64,000 nucleotides of DNA from IMG/VR virus record IMGVR_UViG_2913112809_000002, one strand, 5' to 3'. Source of the DNA: a virus (Duplodnaviria > Heunggongvirae > Uroviricota > Caudoviricetes). Position 1 is the first letter of the stretch. Every line of letters starts with the position of its first letter. Under the pieces are notes generated by a model that saw nothing but the letters and a program-made list of their open reading frames with translations, was not told the DNA's origin and did no database searches. Shown here one piece after another: positions 1 to 9,757 of the stretch. The position numbers and the translations under genes are program-made.

Positions 1-639
1 AGACTGGCTGGTAACGGAACGACCGGCACCGATACGTATACCGTTCGCGTATTCGTGCAACCGCTTAACTGCGCCAGAAGGAACGATACGAACAGCGCAA
101 TCATCATCCGCAACAGCCACTTTGATATCTTCCTGGGCTCTCTGTGACTCCAGTGCGATCTGCTGTTTTGCATGCTGGTTAGCCAGGGAGTTAATCTCAG
201 CGACCAACACTGGCTTCGTATAGCGCCATGCCGCCAGCCCTTGTCCGCAGAAGCTCGCCATGTCTTTCTTCTGGTCAAACTCATGACATTTCATGTTGAG
301 CTGCGCACTTAAGCTGTTGCGATGCTGAAGTTCTCCGGTGAAGTAGTCATCCAGGACTTTATAGGCTGCATATTTAAATCCGGGGTTTAGCCATGCTGCA
401 TAATCATAAGCAACAAACTTCCCGCCATATGTTCCACCGTGTACACCGCGCTCAGTAAAAACCACAGATTCGTGGTTTTTCTCCAGCTCGGCTAAGAACT
501 CTTTGGTCTGCTTGTTTCGCAGGTAGTGGTACGGAGATTCAGATTCACTTTTACCACTGGCTTTCCACATATCAGTGAGGCAGATCATGCCATCTTCACC
601 GATACGAATTGGTTGATTGAAGAGGGTTAATGATTTCAT
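1..639 (-). CDS. KilA-N domain protein (antirepressor-like cargo), 3' end cut by window
   Basis: Minus-strand ATG at 639; translation MKSLTLFNQPIRIGEDGMICLTDMWKASGK... has KilA-N signature; open to position 1. Confidence 0.65.
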   Translation of the reverse strand, partial: MKSLTLFNQPIRIGEDGMICLTDMWKASGKSESESPYHYLRNKQTKEFLAELEKNHESVVFTERGVHGGTYGGKFVAYDYAAWLNPGFKYAAYKVLDDYFTGELQHRNSLSAQLNMKCHEFDQKKDMASFCGQGLAAWRYTKPVLVAEINSLANQHAKQQIALESQRAQEDIKVAVADDDCAVRIVPSGAVKRLHEYANGIRIGAGRSVTSQS

Positions 640-791
640 AGCGTGTACCTACTCTTTGAAATGAACCTTTGCCGCACAGGAAACCAGCCCACCGAGGCTC
701 GCCAGCACTAACTGGTATCCTCAAAGGCCCATTCCAAAGGGTCAGGTTCGGTGTTTATTGTGCGCTGCGGTGCGCGGTGAAATACCGGTAC

Positions 792-824
792 AAAAATGCC
801 CCGCATCTGCGAGGCATTTTCCTG
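792..824 (-). terminator. Intrinsic terminator after lysis cassette
   Basis: GC hairpin gccccgca/tgcgaggc followed by T-run on minus strand, just downstream of Rz stop. Confidence 0.4.
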
Positions 825-857
825 AAAGTCACTTGTTAAATTTCAGTGAAATTAAAA

Positions 858-1295
858 TTATTTTAAGCACTGCGTCCTGATGTACTCCTGCAGGTAGTTA
901 ACCTGCGCGGTTATCCTGTCGATTCCACTTCGGAGACGGTAATAATTGAGTTCAGCATCTGCTGTAAGTCTTGGGCTTTCTCCATCGCCCATGCCGCTGG
1001 CTCCGGTCGTTGACTTTGCACAGGTGGCGGCGACTTGCAGGCGCTTACGCCCAGCAGAAACATCAGCACGGAGACTTTCGATAGTCGCGTTAGCATCAGC
1101 AAGCTCCTTTGTGTATCTGGCGTCGAGTTCTGCTACGTCACGTTGACGCTTCTGCATGTCAGCGATTATGGATGCGGCTTTGTCGCGCTGCTCTTTATAG
1201 GCGATGGCGTTATCACGGTAATGATTAACAGCCCATGACAGGCAGACGATGATGCAGATAATCAGAGCGGAGATAATCGCGGTTAACCTGCTCAT
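858..1295 (-). CDS. Rz: Rz i-spanin
   Basis: Translation [30 protein letters not shown]... resembles lambda/P21 Rz; N-terminal TM; start overlaps R stop. Confidence 0.8.
   Translation of the reverse strand: MSRLTAIISALIICIIVCLSWAVNHYRDNAIAYKEQRDKAASIIADMQKRQRDVAELDARYTKELADANATIESLRADVSAGRKRLQVAATCAKSTTGASGMGDGESPRLTADAELNYYRLRSGIDRITAQVNYLQEYIRTQCLK
911..1102 (-). CDS. Rz1: Rz1 o-spanin lipoprotein, embedded in Rz in +1 frame
   Basis: Embedded ORF with lipobox LLGVSAC and proline-rich stretch [13 protein letters not shown]. Confidence 0.6.
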   Translation of the reverse strand: MLMLTRLSKVSVLMFLLGVSACKSPPPVQSQRPEPAAWAMEKAQDLQQMLNSIITVSEVESTG

Positions 1296-1789
1296 TGCTG
1301 CCCCCACAAACAGACTTCACGCTCAATCTCACGACGGGTCATCAGCCCTTTCCATTGCTTACCGCCAGCGTATGTCCAGCGACGTAGCTGGTCACATGCG
1401 CCCTTGATATCGCCCTGGTTGATTTTGCGAAGAAGCGTCGATGTTCTGAAATTGCCTGCGCCCACGTTATAGACGAACGAATAAAGAGCGCCGCGCGTTG
1501 TTTCCGGTATATCGACTTTGATGTACGGGTTAATTTGTCTGGCGACCGTGGCAAGGTCTTTATTCAGGAGGGCTTTGCATTCTGCTTCGGTATACGTTTT
1601 ACCGGGAATGATGTCTTTTCCTGTATGCCCGTAACATACAGTCCATACACCAACAATATCTTTGTATGGTATGTAGCTGACACCTTCCAGACCATCGTTA
1701 CCACTTGGTCCAGTGATTAACACAGATGCTATAGCAATAGCCCCGCCACCAATAGCAGCAGCAACGGCTTTTCGTAATGATGGAGGCAT
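1292..1789 (-). CDS. R: SAR endolysin (T4-type lysozyme, phage 21 R-like)
   Basis: N-terminal signal-anchor [20 protein letters not shown] followed by lysozyme E...C/D...T catalytic region. Confidence 0.85.
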   Translation of the reverse strand: MPPSLRKAVAAAIGGGAIAIASVLITGPSGNDGLEGVSYIPYKDIVGVWTVCYGHTGKDIIPGKTYTEAECKALLNKDLATVARQINPYIKVDIPETTRGALYSFVYNVGAGNFRTSTLLRKINQGDIKGACDQLRRWTYAGGKQWKGLMTRREIEREVCLWGQQ

Positions 1790-2004
1790 TATTCACCTCT
1801 CGCAGCCTTTCGTCTGTCTTCTCTGATTTTGAAATACAGATTTGTCAGATAAGTGAGAAAACCCAACACAAGGCTTCCAAGCACTCCAATCGCAGCCCAC
1901 TGTGACGGACTGACCTGATCCAACCACTGCAAAAACCAGTATCCTGCACTACCAGCAGATGTTCCGTAGGCAATGCCAGTTGAGATTTTGTCCATTGATT
2001 TCAT
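1789..2004 (-). CDS. S: Pinholin, phage 21 S-like (dual start MKSMDK)
   Basis: 71 aa, [63 protein letters not shown] matches S21 pinholin as recalled. Confidence 0.85.
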   Translation of the reverse strand: MKSMDKISTGIAYGTSAGSAGYWFLQWLDQVSPSQWAAIGVLGSLVLGFLTYLTNLYFKIREDRRKAARGE

Positions 2005-2122
2005 AGCAACGCCTCCGCCAGTAACGGATTGCGTAGTTCTTATATTGGGAAGGGGAAAAAAGAAGGCCGCAGCGTAACTATCACTGATGAATTCAGGATA
2101 GCCAGTGGCTACGGCTCAGTTA

Positions 2123-2198
2123 TGGTGCTGGTTAACGGACTTGAACCGCTACCCATTCGCTTACAAGGCGACTGCTCCACCACTGGAGCTAAACCAGC
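2123..2198 (-). tRNA. tRNA-like gene, anticodon UGU (Thr) by manual fold
   Basis: 76 nt; acceptor GCTGGTT/AACCAGC, D-stem GCTC/GAGC, anticodon loop CTTGTAA, T-arm GGTTCAAGTCC, encoded CCA. Confidence 0.55.
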
Positions 2199-2203
2199 AT
2201 ATT

Positions 2204-2278
2204 TGGCGGGACAGCGTGGACTCGAACCACGATAAGAAGGTTAACAGCCTTCCGTAATGACCTTTATACGACTGACCC
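2204..2278 (-). tRNA. tRNA-like gene, anticodon GUU (Asn) by manual fold; one acceptor-stem mismatch, possibly degenerate
   Basis: 75 nt; anticodon stem GAAGG/CCTTC, loop CTGTTAA, T-arm CGTGGTTCGAGTCCACG, 3' GCCA; T:T mismatch at acceptor pair 4:68. Confidence 0.4.
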
Positions 2279-2280
2279 AA

Positions 2281-2341
2281 ATAAAAAATCCCGAAACCGT
2301 TATGCAGGCTCTAACTATTACCTGCGAACTGTTTCGGGATT
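2281..2341 (-). terminator. tR'-like terminator downstream of Q/PR'
   Basis: Inverted repeat tcccgaaac/gtttcggga with inner gcagg/cctgc stem, followed by T-run on minus strand. Confidence 0.5.
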
Positions 2342-2552
2342 GCATTTTGCAGACCTCTCAGCCTGCGATGGTTGGAGTTCCAGACGATACGTCGAAGTGA
2401 CCAACTAGGCGGAATCGGTAGTAAGCGCCACCTCTTTTTATCTCACTACCACAACGAGCGAATTAACCCATCGTTGGGTCAAATTTACCCAACCTTATTC
2501 AAAAAGTCAATATCATGCCGTTAATATGTTGCCATCCGTGGCAATCATGCTG
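2342..2552 (-). promoter_or_regulatory. Late promoter PR' / qut region (inferred from position)
   Basis: Intergenic segment between Q stop and tR'-like terminator, as in lambda. Confidence 0.35.
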
Positions 2553-3176
2553 CTAACGTGTGACCGCATTCAAAATGTTGTCTGCGATTGACTCTTCCTT
2601 GTGGCATTGCACCACCAGAGCGTCATACAGTGGCTTAACAGTGCGTGACCAGGTGGGTTGAGTAAGATTTGGGATTAGCATCGTTACAGCGCGATATGCG
2701 GCGCTTGCTGGCATCCTTGAATAGCCGACGCCTTTGCATCTTCCGCATTCTTTCTCAACAACTCTCCCCCACTGCTCTGTTTTTGCTATATCAACCGCAC
2801 GGCCTGTACCGTGACAATCTCTGCATCTTGCGCCCGGCGTCGCGGCACTACGGCAATAATCCGCATAAGCGAATGTTGCAAGCACTTGCAGTACCTTTGC
2901 CTTAGTATTTCCTTCAAGCTTTGCCACACCACGGTATTTCCCCGATACCTTGTGTGCAAATTGCATCAGATAGTTGATAGCCTTTTGTTTGTCGTTCTGG
3001 CTGAGTTCGTGCTTACCGCAGAATGCAGCCATTCCGAATCCGGCTTGTGATTGCGCCATCCCCATAGCAGCCATCACATCAGTACCAGAAAGAGAGTCAG
3101 AAGCCGTGGCCCGTGGTGAGTCACTCATCATCGGGCTTTTTGGCGAATGAAATTTAGCCACGCTTTCGAGTCTCAT
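2553..3176 (-). CDS. Q: Late antiterminator Q (lambda Q-like)
   Basis: 207 aa, [28 protein letters not shown]... with CxxC...CxxC zinc motif; matches lambda Q as recalled. Confidence 0.85.
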   Translation of the reverse strand: MRLESVAKFHSPKSPMMSDSPRATASDSLSGTDVMAAMGMAQSQAGFGMAAFCGKHELSQNDKQKAINYLMQFAHKVSGKYRGVAKLEGNTKAKVLQVLATFAYADYCRSAATPGARCRDCHGTGRAVDIAKTEQWGRVVEKECGRCKGVGYSRMPASAAYRAVTMLIPNLTQPTWSRTVKPLYDALVVQCHKEESIADNILNAVTR

Positions 3177-3838
3177 GCGCCTTCTCCCTGTACTTGAATC
3201 AATGTGAGGTTTCCGCAGAACACTGCGCCGGTATCGATATACATCTGGTTGGCAAACTTGAGTGGTTTCACTGCTGGCGTATGACCAAAGATGAACGTGT
3301 CCGCGCCTTTGATTTCTTTCACGATCCCGTCTTGTGAGTTGCTGATTCGTTCGCGGTTCCAGATTACCTGCTGATGATCAACTGGCTTTCCAAACTCGTA
3401 TTCGTCACAAGGATAATCGGCGTGGCAGATGACATATTTTTTATCTTTGCTCACCAGTTCGATGATTAACGGAAGTTCATCTGCTTTATGGGCAAGAGCT
3501 TTAGCCAGAATTTCTTTGTCGTAATCGAGATTAAAGAACCAGCCACCGCCATTAAGCATCCAGTGATTGACGTTTCCGCGCTCTGATAAGCCATCAATCA
3601 TCATTTGCTCATGGTTTCCACGTACAGCTCTGAACCAGGGGAATGTGATTAATTCCAGGCATTCGACGTTCTCTGTACCGCGATCGACCAAATCGCCAAC
3701 CGAGATAAGCAGGTCTTTTTTGGTGTCGAATCCTATCGTCTCCAGTTTTTTCATCAGGTTCGTGTAGCATCCGTGCAGATCGCCAACTACCCAAATATTT
3801 CGGTATTTGCTGCCATCAATTTTTTCGTAATAGCGCAT
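3173..3838 (-). CDS. ninI: Ser/Thr protein phosphatase NinI (lambda orf221-like)
   Basis: [23 protein letters not shown]...GNHE metallophosphatase motifs; start chosen at internal Met matching lambda. Confidence 0.85.
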   Translation of the reverse strand: MRYYEKIDGSKYRNIWVVGDLHGCYTNLMKKLETIGFDTKKDLLISVGDLVDRGTENVECLELITFPWFRAVRGNHEQMMIDGLSERGNVNHWMLNGGGWFFNLDYDKEILAKALAHKADELPLIIELVSKDKKYVICHADYPCDEYEFGKPVDHQQVIWNRERISNSQDGIVKEIKGADTFIFGHTPAVKPLKFANQMYIDTGAVFCGNLTLIQVQGEGA

Positions 3839-4022
3839 CTCTTTCACTCCATCCGCGATGAACCATGAGAACGTCGTTGACGATGGCGTGCATTTTCCCG
3901 TCTTTATCATCAACGTATTTTCTGACCGTACCGCGACTACATTTCAGTCTGCGTGCTACTTCTGTCTGGTTTCCGTATGCTTCAACGAGCATGTCTGGAA
4001 TGGTTTTTACTGAGAACGTCAT
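3816..4022 (-). CDS. ninH: NinH
   Basis: 68 aa [39 protein letters not shown]... matches lambda NinH; 23-nt overlap with ninI as in lambda. Confidence 0.85.
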   Translation of the reverse strand: MTFSVKTIPDMLVEAYGNQTEVARRLKCSRGTVRKYVDDKDGKMHAIVNDVLMVHRGWSERDALLRKN

Positions 4023-4630
4023 GCGGCCTCACTTCTGCTATTTCGCAGGTCTTTGAGTTTCTGTTGGTACTCTGCCTTGATCGCCTTGCACTCTTCGATA
4101 GTCCAGCGATGGCGGTTATGGTTTGATTCGATTTCGTCTACTGCTTCCTGCCCGATGCGGCTAATCAGTTCGACGCGATACGGAACGAGATTTCCGCTTT
4201 TGTGCTGGTTGCACACCACGCATTGCTTGTGAATATTGCGTTCATCAAATCGGAGTTGAGGTGCCGCAGCAGTTGTCCGGTAATGTCCGGCATCCCACTG
4301 AGCAGACGTGAGCGTTCCGCACGAGATACATGGTAAGTCGCGGTCTCTTTCTCTGATGAAGGCGTTTACGGCTTGTTGGGCTTGTTTAATCCAGTAACTG
4401 CGGGGCTTTAAGGCGAGTTTTCGAATCTTAAGTTTATCTTTCTGTTTCTGCTCCTCTCGTCGTCGTTTCTTCTCTGCTGCTTTTTCCGCTTTTTTGCGTT
4501 CTTTACTTCGTCGTTCGAGTGCTATCTTGGTTCCACACTCTGGAGAGCACCACCACTGATTAGCGAATGCAGGGTGAAACCATTCCCGACATTCATCGTT
4601 TTTACATCGTCTTCGCGCTGGTTTAGCCAT
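4019..4630 (-). CDS. ninG: NinG (Rap recombination endonuclease)
   Basis: 203 aa [33 protein letters not shown]... matches lambda NinG. Confidence 0.85.
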   Translation of the reverse strand: MAKPARRRCKNDECREWFHPAFANQWWCSPECGTKIALERRSKERKKAEKAAEKKRRREEQKQKDKLKIRKLALKPRSYWIKQAQQAVNAFIRERDRDLPCISCGTLTSAQWDAGHYRTTAAAPQLRFDERNIHKQCVVCNQHKSGNLVPYRVELISRIGQEAVDEIESNHNRHRWTIEECKAIKAEYQQKLKDLRNSRSEAA

Positions 4631-4799
4631 CGTCTTCTTCCTCGTACATTGAGCTATTCGGATCGCTCATCAGTTCTGCGCAGCAATCGGAGCACACGTG
4701 AACTTCCAGCACATGCAGCTTCTGACCGCAGTTAGCGCACGTTAAAGCTCGCTCGACGCTTTCTTTCTGGTATTGAAGAGATTGGGATGGACTAAGCAT
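4623..4799 (-). CDS. ninF: NinF
   Basis: Manual translation [58 protein letters not shown] (58 aa, below the ORF-track cutoff). Confidence 0.75.
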   Translation of the reverse strand: MLSPSQSLQYQKESVERALTCANCGQKLHVLEVHVCSDCCAELMSDPNSSMYEEEDDG

Positions 4800-5217
4800 T
4801 ATTAGCGTCCTGCATCATGAGAAAGACAATCATGGCGGCGCGGAGAGGCGATTCGCCACAGAAGCAGTAGCCAGGAATATTTTCCCATTCCCAACAACCT
4901 TCCTCTAAATCACCTCCTGACCATGCGCACCATTCTTTTTCCGCTGTCATCCACATAGTGCTGATTTTGCTTTCAGTGATAATTGGCCACGCGTATTCAG
5001 GATTATTGCAAGGATTGAAGCAATTCCCGTTTGAAGAACGGAAGCCATTAATATCCCTTTTTTGCGTCTGCCAAATAGGACCTCTTTCGTCAGTGGGGAT
5101 CTCAGAATCGAAGTCTGCTTCGTCATCAGGTATGAAGAAATGCTCCTCCATATCTAAAGCCTCACATACTCGTCTGTTAATTTCAAAATCACTTAACTGT
5201 GAATAATCCATTGTCAT
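4792..5217 (-). CDS. Hypothetical nin-region protein (DUF2591-like by recollection)
   Basis: [31 protein letters not shown]...; compact overlap with neighbours. Confidence 0.45.
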   Translation of the reverse strand: MTMDYSQLSDFEINRRVCEALDMEEHFFIPDDEADFDSEIPTDERGPIWQTQKRDINGFRSSNGNCFNPCNNPEYAWPIITESKISTMWMTAEKEWCAWSGGDLEEGCWEWENIPGYCFCGESPLRAAMIVFLMMQDANNA

Positions 5218-5390
5218 TTCCTCGCACGATGTCTTAGCCACCGGATATCCAACAGGTGAGCCGTGTAGTTGAAGGTTTTTACGTCAGATTCTTTTGGGAT
5301 TGGCTTGCGTTTATTTCTGGAGCGTTTCGTTGGAAGGTATTTGCAGTTTTCACAGATTATGTCGGTGATACTTCGTCGCTGTCGTCTCAT
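5214..5390 (-). CDS. ninE: NinE
   Basis: [46 protein letters not shown]... matches lambda NinE; start at internal Met of the ORF. Confidence 0.8.
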   Translation of the reverse strand: MRRQRRSITDIICENCKYLPTKRSRNKRKPIPKESDVKTFNYTAHLLDIRWLRHRARK

Positions 5391-5797
5391 TCGTACCTCC
5401 TGTCGGTAAATCTGACGCCCTGACCAATAGCCCATGCTGTCGTGTACTCAATCAGACTTGCCATACGCTTCACACTCATCTGCGCGCTACTTTCGCGAAT
5501 GTTGACGTATTCGCCTTCAAGGCCGGGCAAAACATCAGCTTCCTGCTTTGTTGCCACTGCATGACCGCTAATCAACAAAACCTTCCATTGTTCTGGTTTT
5601 AACCACTTATCGCACCATTGAACCTGACGTGCGATATCCGCCAGCATCGCGTGAAATTTTGCGTTCTGGTCAAGGTTGCGCTTGTAGTCAGTAATGCGGA
5701 TGGTGACTGGCTTGTCTTTATCGAGTGGTGTTGCGAGGATGGCATTTATTGCAGCTTGCTGTTGTTGTTTAGTTCGGAGGAAGATTGTTTGCTTCAT
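5387..5797 (-). CDS. ninB: NinB family recombination protein
   Basis: 136 aa with DQN..RQV.W pattern of NinB/Orf family; position upstream of ninE. Confidence 0.6.
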   Translation of the reverse strand: MKQTIFLRTKQQQQAAINAILATPLDKDKPVTIRITDYKRNLDQNAKFHAMLADIARQVQWCDKWLKPEQWKVLLISGHAVATKQEADVLPGLEGEYVNIRESSAQMSVKRMASLIEYTTAWAIGQGVRFTDRRYE

Positions 5798-6131
5798 CGA
5801 AATTCTTCTCTTTAATTCCAGCGGCTCTGATAGCTTTCATTACTGCAATTACCGTTTTGTCTCTCCCATCCTCATAACCCATCGCATAAGCACCTTCTTC
5901 ACCATCTTTCCAAAAGTCGTCATTCGATTCGGGCCAGTCAATATCCAGTTCAATAGCTGCTCGCGATGCCTGCCACGTTTGCCAGTGGCCTTGAACATCG
6001 TCCATCACGTATTGACCACCAATATCACCACTGCCAATTTCATGGTGATTTTCAGGGTAACGGATAAGGTCTGAGGATTCGCCTCCACGTCGCAACCAAC
6101 TTTCTTCAAACTGCTTTCTTGATTCGTCCAT
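5769..6131 (-). CDS. Hypothetical acidic protein
   Basis: 120-aa ORF in nin-region operon; no recognised domain. Confidence 0.35.
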   Translation of the reverse strand: MDESRKQFEESWLRRGGESSDLIRYPENHHEIGSGDIGGQYVMDDVQGHWQTWQASRAAIELDIDWPESNDDFWKDGEEGAYAMGYEDGRDKTVIAVMKAIRAAGIKEKNFDEANNLPPN

Positions 6132-6148
6132 CGATACTTACCCTCAGT

Positions 6149-6355
6149 TCAACTCACAAAACGCCACGCCATTTTTGCTACAGCGACAGGCATAACACCG
6201 ATAATCACCCACAGGAAAATGCTACCGAAAAGCACACCCACCAGGTCTTTACCTTCGCCTACCAACCGGACAAAACTGCTGGCAACAACAATGAACGTCG
6301 CCACCATCCACATAGCACCGAGAATCCTCAATGCAGAGAAAATTAACTCAGCCAC
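6149..6355 (-). CDS. Small membrane protein (two predicted TM helices)
   Basis: 68 aa, hydrophobic segments MWMVATFIVVASSFV and VLFGSIFLWVIIGVMPVAVA. Confidence 0.4.
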   Translation of the reverse strand: MAELIFSALRILGAMWMVATFIVVASSFVRLVGEGKDLVGVLFGSIFLWVIIGVMPVAVAKMAWRFVS

Positions 6356-6429
6356 GATTTACCCTCCCCCCCAAATAAAAAGGCCTGCGATTACCAGCAG
6401 GCCTGTTATTAGCTCAGTGATGTAGATGG

Positions 6430-7806
6430 TCATACGTCAGCCCCTTGTGCATATCGTCTGCCACGCGCAGCAGGTGCATTTGATGCTGTGCAAATCTGTC
6501 TGGCTTCATCCTGGTCACATGCAACAAAGTGTCCGTTGCAGAACCGCTGGTAAACCGTACCAAGTGAGCCAAAACGGTTTTTCGTCACGATGATTTCAGC
6601 AAATGGCGCGGCGCTACTGTTCTCGTCATATACCGCTTCCCGATAGAGCATGATGATTGAGTCTGCGTCCTGCTCAATGCTTCCTGAATCACGCAAATCT
6701 GCGTTTGTCGGACGTTTGTTTGGTCGCTTCTCAACATCGCGCGAAAGCTGACTCAGGGAGATAACCGGTGTTTTCAGGTCTTTCGCCATCGCCTTCAGGC
6801 TTCCGGAGATGTGAGCAATTGCGAGGTCGTTGCGGTCTGCTTTCGGCTTCTCAATCAGGCCAAGATAATCCGCCATGATGAGTGACAGGTTTGGATTTTC
6901 CTGTTTGTGCCGCTCTGCGATTGAGCGAATTTCTTCGACCGATAACCGCGAGGCATCGACTACCCATACATCCAAATCTGCAAGCTGACTCATGCCGTTA
7001 GCAACACGCGCCCAGCCTTCGTCATCCATCGATGCAGGATTTCGCAGCACGCTAACCGACATCCTCCCGGCGTTGGCAATACTTCGCTCTGCAATCTGCA
7101 ATGCGCTCATTTCCATTGAGAAAATCAATACTCCGCGCCGGACGTCAGAACCAGGAATAACACGACTTGCAACGCCTTCGGCAATCTTCAGCGCCAGTTC
7201 GGTTTTCCCCATACCAGGACGAGCGGCGATAATCACCAGGTCTTCTGCGTTCATCCCTCCGGTGATGGCGTCAAGTTCTTCGATTCCGGTCTTCAGGGTA
7301 TCTGACTCTTCTCCGTTCCTCAGACGCCTGTCAAGCGTGTCAGTGTAGTCAGTGATGATTTCCCCTAACCGTACAGGTTTAACCTCGTCACGGGGCTTTC
7401 TGATGGCTGAAAGACGCTTTACAAACTCATCCATCGCCTGACTCGATGCGTCGATGGTTCCGCTCTGAATTGGTTCACGCATTTCATCCATGATTTCCAG
7501 CACCAGACGGCGGTGATAGTTATCCGCGACCATTCCGGCATATCCCTTCAGGTTTGCGGCACTCGGGCAGTTTTTGCTGGTCATCAGGATTGACGTGAAA
7601 TGCTCCTCTCCGCACGCCTCGGCAACCATCAGCGCGTCGATTAGGTTTCTGTTTCGCGCCTGCTTCCGGATAACCTCGAAGGCTTTCCGGTAGAGCGGAA
7701 TTGAAAACGCTTCCGGCTCAAGCGTTGCCAGAACGTCACTGGCAGTTGGTGTTAATCCACCAATCAGCAGGCCACCGATAACGCTCGCTTCGATATCCTG
7801 TTTCAT
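6430..7806 (-). CDS. Replicative DNA helicase (DnaB-like, P22 gene 12-type)
   Basis: 458 aa with Walker A GMGKTE and DnaB C-terminal motifs. Confidence 0.9.
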   Translation of the reverse strand: MKQDIEASVIGGLLIGGLTPTASDVLATLEPEAFSIPLYRKAFEVIRKQARNRNLIDALMVAEACGEEHFTSILMTSKNCPSAANLKGYAGMVADNYHRRLVLEIMDEMREPIQSGTIDASSQAMDEFVKRLSAIRKPRDEVKPVRLGEIITDYTDTLDRRLRNGEESDTLKTGIEELDAITGGMNAEDLVIIAARPGMGKTELALKIAEGVASRVIPGSDVRRGVLIFSMEMSALQIAERSIANAGRMSVSVLRNPASMDDEGWARVANGMSQLADLDVWVVDASRLSVEEIRSIAERHKQENPNLSLIMADYLGLIEKPKADRNDLAIAHISGSLKAMAKDLKTPVISLSQLSRDVEKRPNKRPTNADLRDSGSIEQDADSIIMLYREAVYDENSSAAPFAEIIVTKNRFGSLGTVYQRFCNGHFVACDQDEARQICTASNAPAARGRRYAQGADV

Positions 7807-8750
7807 GCAATCCCCCTGTCTGCAAACTTTCCTTCCCGTACTCCCGTTAACGAATCTTCCCTCAGCAGGTAATCAAAATCTGCCGTCCAGCCCGTGTCGT
7901 TGTCTCCGAAGTAAAACGGCTTTGCCTGATGCACAAACGCCCTGACATACGCTCTGAAACCGTCCACATTTGGCGTTTTCAGTTGCGGGATGATTTTCTT
8001 CAGGCGGCGTTTGCGTTTCTCGTTGACCGCAACAGCGTGTGGCAGTCTGTCACCGACTTCGGTGTTGTAGGCGTTCAGGAAGGATTCGTAGTCGATTCGT
8101 TCTGCCTTGCGACGTTCAGGTTTAACCTGCCCATCGCCTCCCCCATTGGGGGGTAGGGGGGTATTATTTATATTCTTGTTAATACCTTCTTGTTCATGAT
8201 GTGCGGTTGTTTGTGCGGCTCCATGTGCGCTTTCATGTGCGGCATGTGCCCTGAAAGCCGCGCCATTACTGGCTTCGTCATGTGCGGCTTCATGTGCGGT
8301 TGTTTGTGCGGCTTCATGTGCGGGTGAATCGTCCATTTTTTGAGCATATTCATGGTAATTTGTGATGGTGATCACACGACCTTTTTGCTTCTCTCCATCA
8401 ATGGAGATCATCCCCTCTTTCACAAAAACCTGAAGCATCCGCTCAACCTGATCACGGCTTGCTGGCTTGCCATGCCTGTCGCATAACTGAAGACCTAAAT
8501 CAGCTGCTGTCACAACCAGTTGACCGGGTTGCAGATGCCATTCATGACCTTTGAAATTCGCTTTGTATGGCTTTCTGGCGGCATTCAGGAGAAGGTTTTC
8601 CCACAGGGTGCGAAGATAAACATCTTTCGCCCATGACTGTTTCAGAATGCTCCGGTACAACGGAATGTAACCAGTTTTCTGGTTCTCCATCCTGTTGCTC
8701 CTGCGCTCGTGTGCGGCGCTGAAATCGTAGATTTTTGCTGTATTGCTCAT
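7803..8750 (-). CDS. Replication initiator O-like protein (iterons inside gene)
   Basis: N-terminus [10 protein letters not shown] resembles lambda O; central AHEAA/AHGAA repeats encoded by DNA iterons. Confidence 0.75.
   Translation of the reverse strand: MSNTAKIYDFSAAHERRSNRMENQKTGYIPLYRSILKQSWAKDVYLRTLWENLLLNAARKPYKANFKGHEWHLQPGQLVVTAADLGLQLCDRHGKPASRDQVERMLQVFVKEGMISIDGEKQKGRVITITNYHEYAQKMDDSPAHEAAQTTAHEAAHDEASNGAAFRAHAAHESAHGAAQTTAHHEQEGINKNINNTPLPPNGGGDGQVKPERRKAERIDYESFLNAYNTEVGDRLPHAVAVNEKRKRRLKKIIPQLKTPNVDGFRAYVRAFVHQAKPFYFGDNDTGWTADFDYLLREDSLTGVREGKFADRGIA
8190..8340. repeat. Iteron array (putative origin) inside O-like gene
   Basis: Direct repeats of catgtgcgg(c)t/gtttgtgcgg units; they also create the spurious HMKPH-repeat ORF 8168..8353. 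Confidence 0.55.
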
Positions 8751-8752
8751 AA

Positions 8753-9025
8753 CTACCTGCCTTGACGAAAGACCTTAAGAACATCGTTAAACTGACTTAC
8801 GGATATGTCTTCTTTGAGAAGCTTTTCCAGAAATGCGTTTGGAATGAACGTATATCCCTCCTCTTTTGGTAGAGACGGGAGCAACGCCCTCGCCTCAGCC
8901 TTCAGAAGCTCAGTTCTGGCAACTTTCACAAAAGAGATTTGAGTTCTTTCATCAATGGAACGAAGGAAGCGCAAACGCTTAGCTTCTTTGTGTGTATCAG
9001 GTGGATTAAAGCCTTTGTTTCGCAT
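8753..9025 (-). CDS. Hypothetical protein between cII-like and O-like genes
   Basis: 90-aa ORF, compact arrangement. Confidence 0.4.
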   Translation of the reverse strand: MRNKGFNPPDTHKEAKRLRFLRSIDERTQISFVKVARTELLKAEARALLPSLPKEEGYTFIPNAFLEKLLKEDISVSQFNDVLKVFRQGR

Positions 9026-9069
9026 ATAATTACCTCGTTGGATGTTGTTAAAATTCCATTTGTATTTGA

Positions 9070-9345
9070 TCAGAACGCTCGGTTGCCGCCGGGCGTTTTT
9101 TTATTGGTGAGTCCATCCAATGCATACTTAAAAGCCCTGCTAATCGGACTGATGTCTGATGCCATTCCAAAAGCACACAAGACCGAAGCAATAAATCTCC
9201 AGTCCGTTCTGCTTATCTTCGATTCATGACAGCCAATCATCTTTGCCAGACCGCGCTGGGTAAGCGTTGACAGGTTGATGAGTAAATCTGTTTCTGCGCG
9301 ATCAACGTCGCGCTGTGATAGTTTGCTGCAGCTTGTTTGTTCCAT
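9070..9345 (-). CDS. CII-like transcriptional activator
   Basis: 91 aa; HTH-like segment GLAKMIGCHESKISRTDWRF and ...NKKTPGGN resemble lambda CII; correct position. Confidence 0.5.
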   Translation of the reverse strand: MEQTSCSKLSQRDVDRAETDLLINLSTLTQRGLAKMIGCHESKISRTDWRFIASVLCAFGMASDISPISRAFKYALDGLTNKKTPGGNRAF

Positions 9346-9384
9346 TTCTTACTATTTCCATAGGTAAATAATCACTAATACCCA

Positions 9385-9420
9385 TCTTTCGATGAGCGCT
9401 TAATTAGTTACCGCGTTGTC
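9385..9420 (-). promoter_or_regulatory. Candidate nutR (boxA-like CGCTCTTTA plus hairpin with GACAA-type loop)
   Basis: Minus-strand read ccgctctttatc ... accgc-cgacaac-gcggt between cro-like and cII-like genes. Confidence 0.35.
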
Positions 9421-9451
9421 GGCGGTGCAGATTGATAAAGAGCGGTGTTAC

Positions 9452-9679
9452 TTATGCAGCCAGAAGGTTCTTTTTGCTTATTTCAAGCATTTCGCTTGCT
9501 TGATATTTGCCACCAGAAATCTCTTCGATTTTTGATGCGTATTTAGTTTTCCCAAAAAACTCAGTCTTAGGGAGGAAGCCGTTTTTGAGCCACTTATAGA
9601 CAGCCCTTTCGCTAACTCCACAAGCCTTCGCAACTTCAGGGATGCCGACACCTTTAATCGGCTCATCAAGATTTTGCAT
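9452..9679 (-). CDS. Cro-like repressor (HTH)
   Basis: Divergent from cI; MQNLDEPIKGVGIPEVAKACGVSERAVYKWLKNG...; start set at second Met because upstream Met lies inside operator palindrome. Confidence 0.5.
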   Translation of the reverse strand: MQNLDEPIKGVGIPEVAKACGVSERAVYKWLKNGFLPKTEFFGKTKYASKIEEISGGKYQASEMLEISKKNLLAA

Positions 9680-9757
9680 AGGAATATCCTTTTTCGTACT
9701 TTCAGTACGCATTATGATTGAACTGAAAGTTTTTGCAAGTGCTTTAGTATCGTACTC
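9680..9757. promoter_or_regulatory. OR operator/promoter region (PR/PRM)
   Basis: Perfect palindrome cgtactttcagtacg at 9695..9709 plus half-sites actgaaagt (9722..9730) and cgtac (9751..9755) between cro-like and cI. Confidence 0.55.

Noticed and set aside
2029-2235. 68-aa ORF on the plus strand between S and tR'
   Set aside because: Overlaps the two tRNA-like genes on the opposite strand; no RBS; tRNA interpretation preferred
2005-2552. Possible Shiga toxin or other toxin cargo between Q and the lysis genes
   Set aside because: The interval holds only a terminator and two tRNA-like genes; no ORF of suitable size. The equivalent slot at 22421..24037 holds tRNAs and a TerB-like gene, not stx
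8168-8353. 61-aa ORF with HMKPH repeats on the minus strand
   Set aside because: Generated by the iteron direct repeats inside the O-like gene, in a different frame from the real gene
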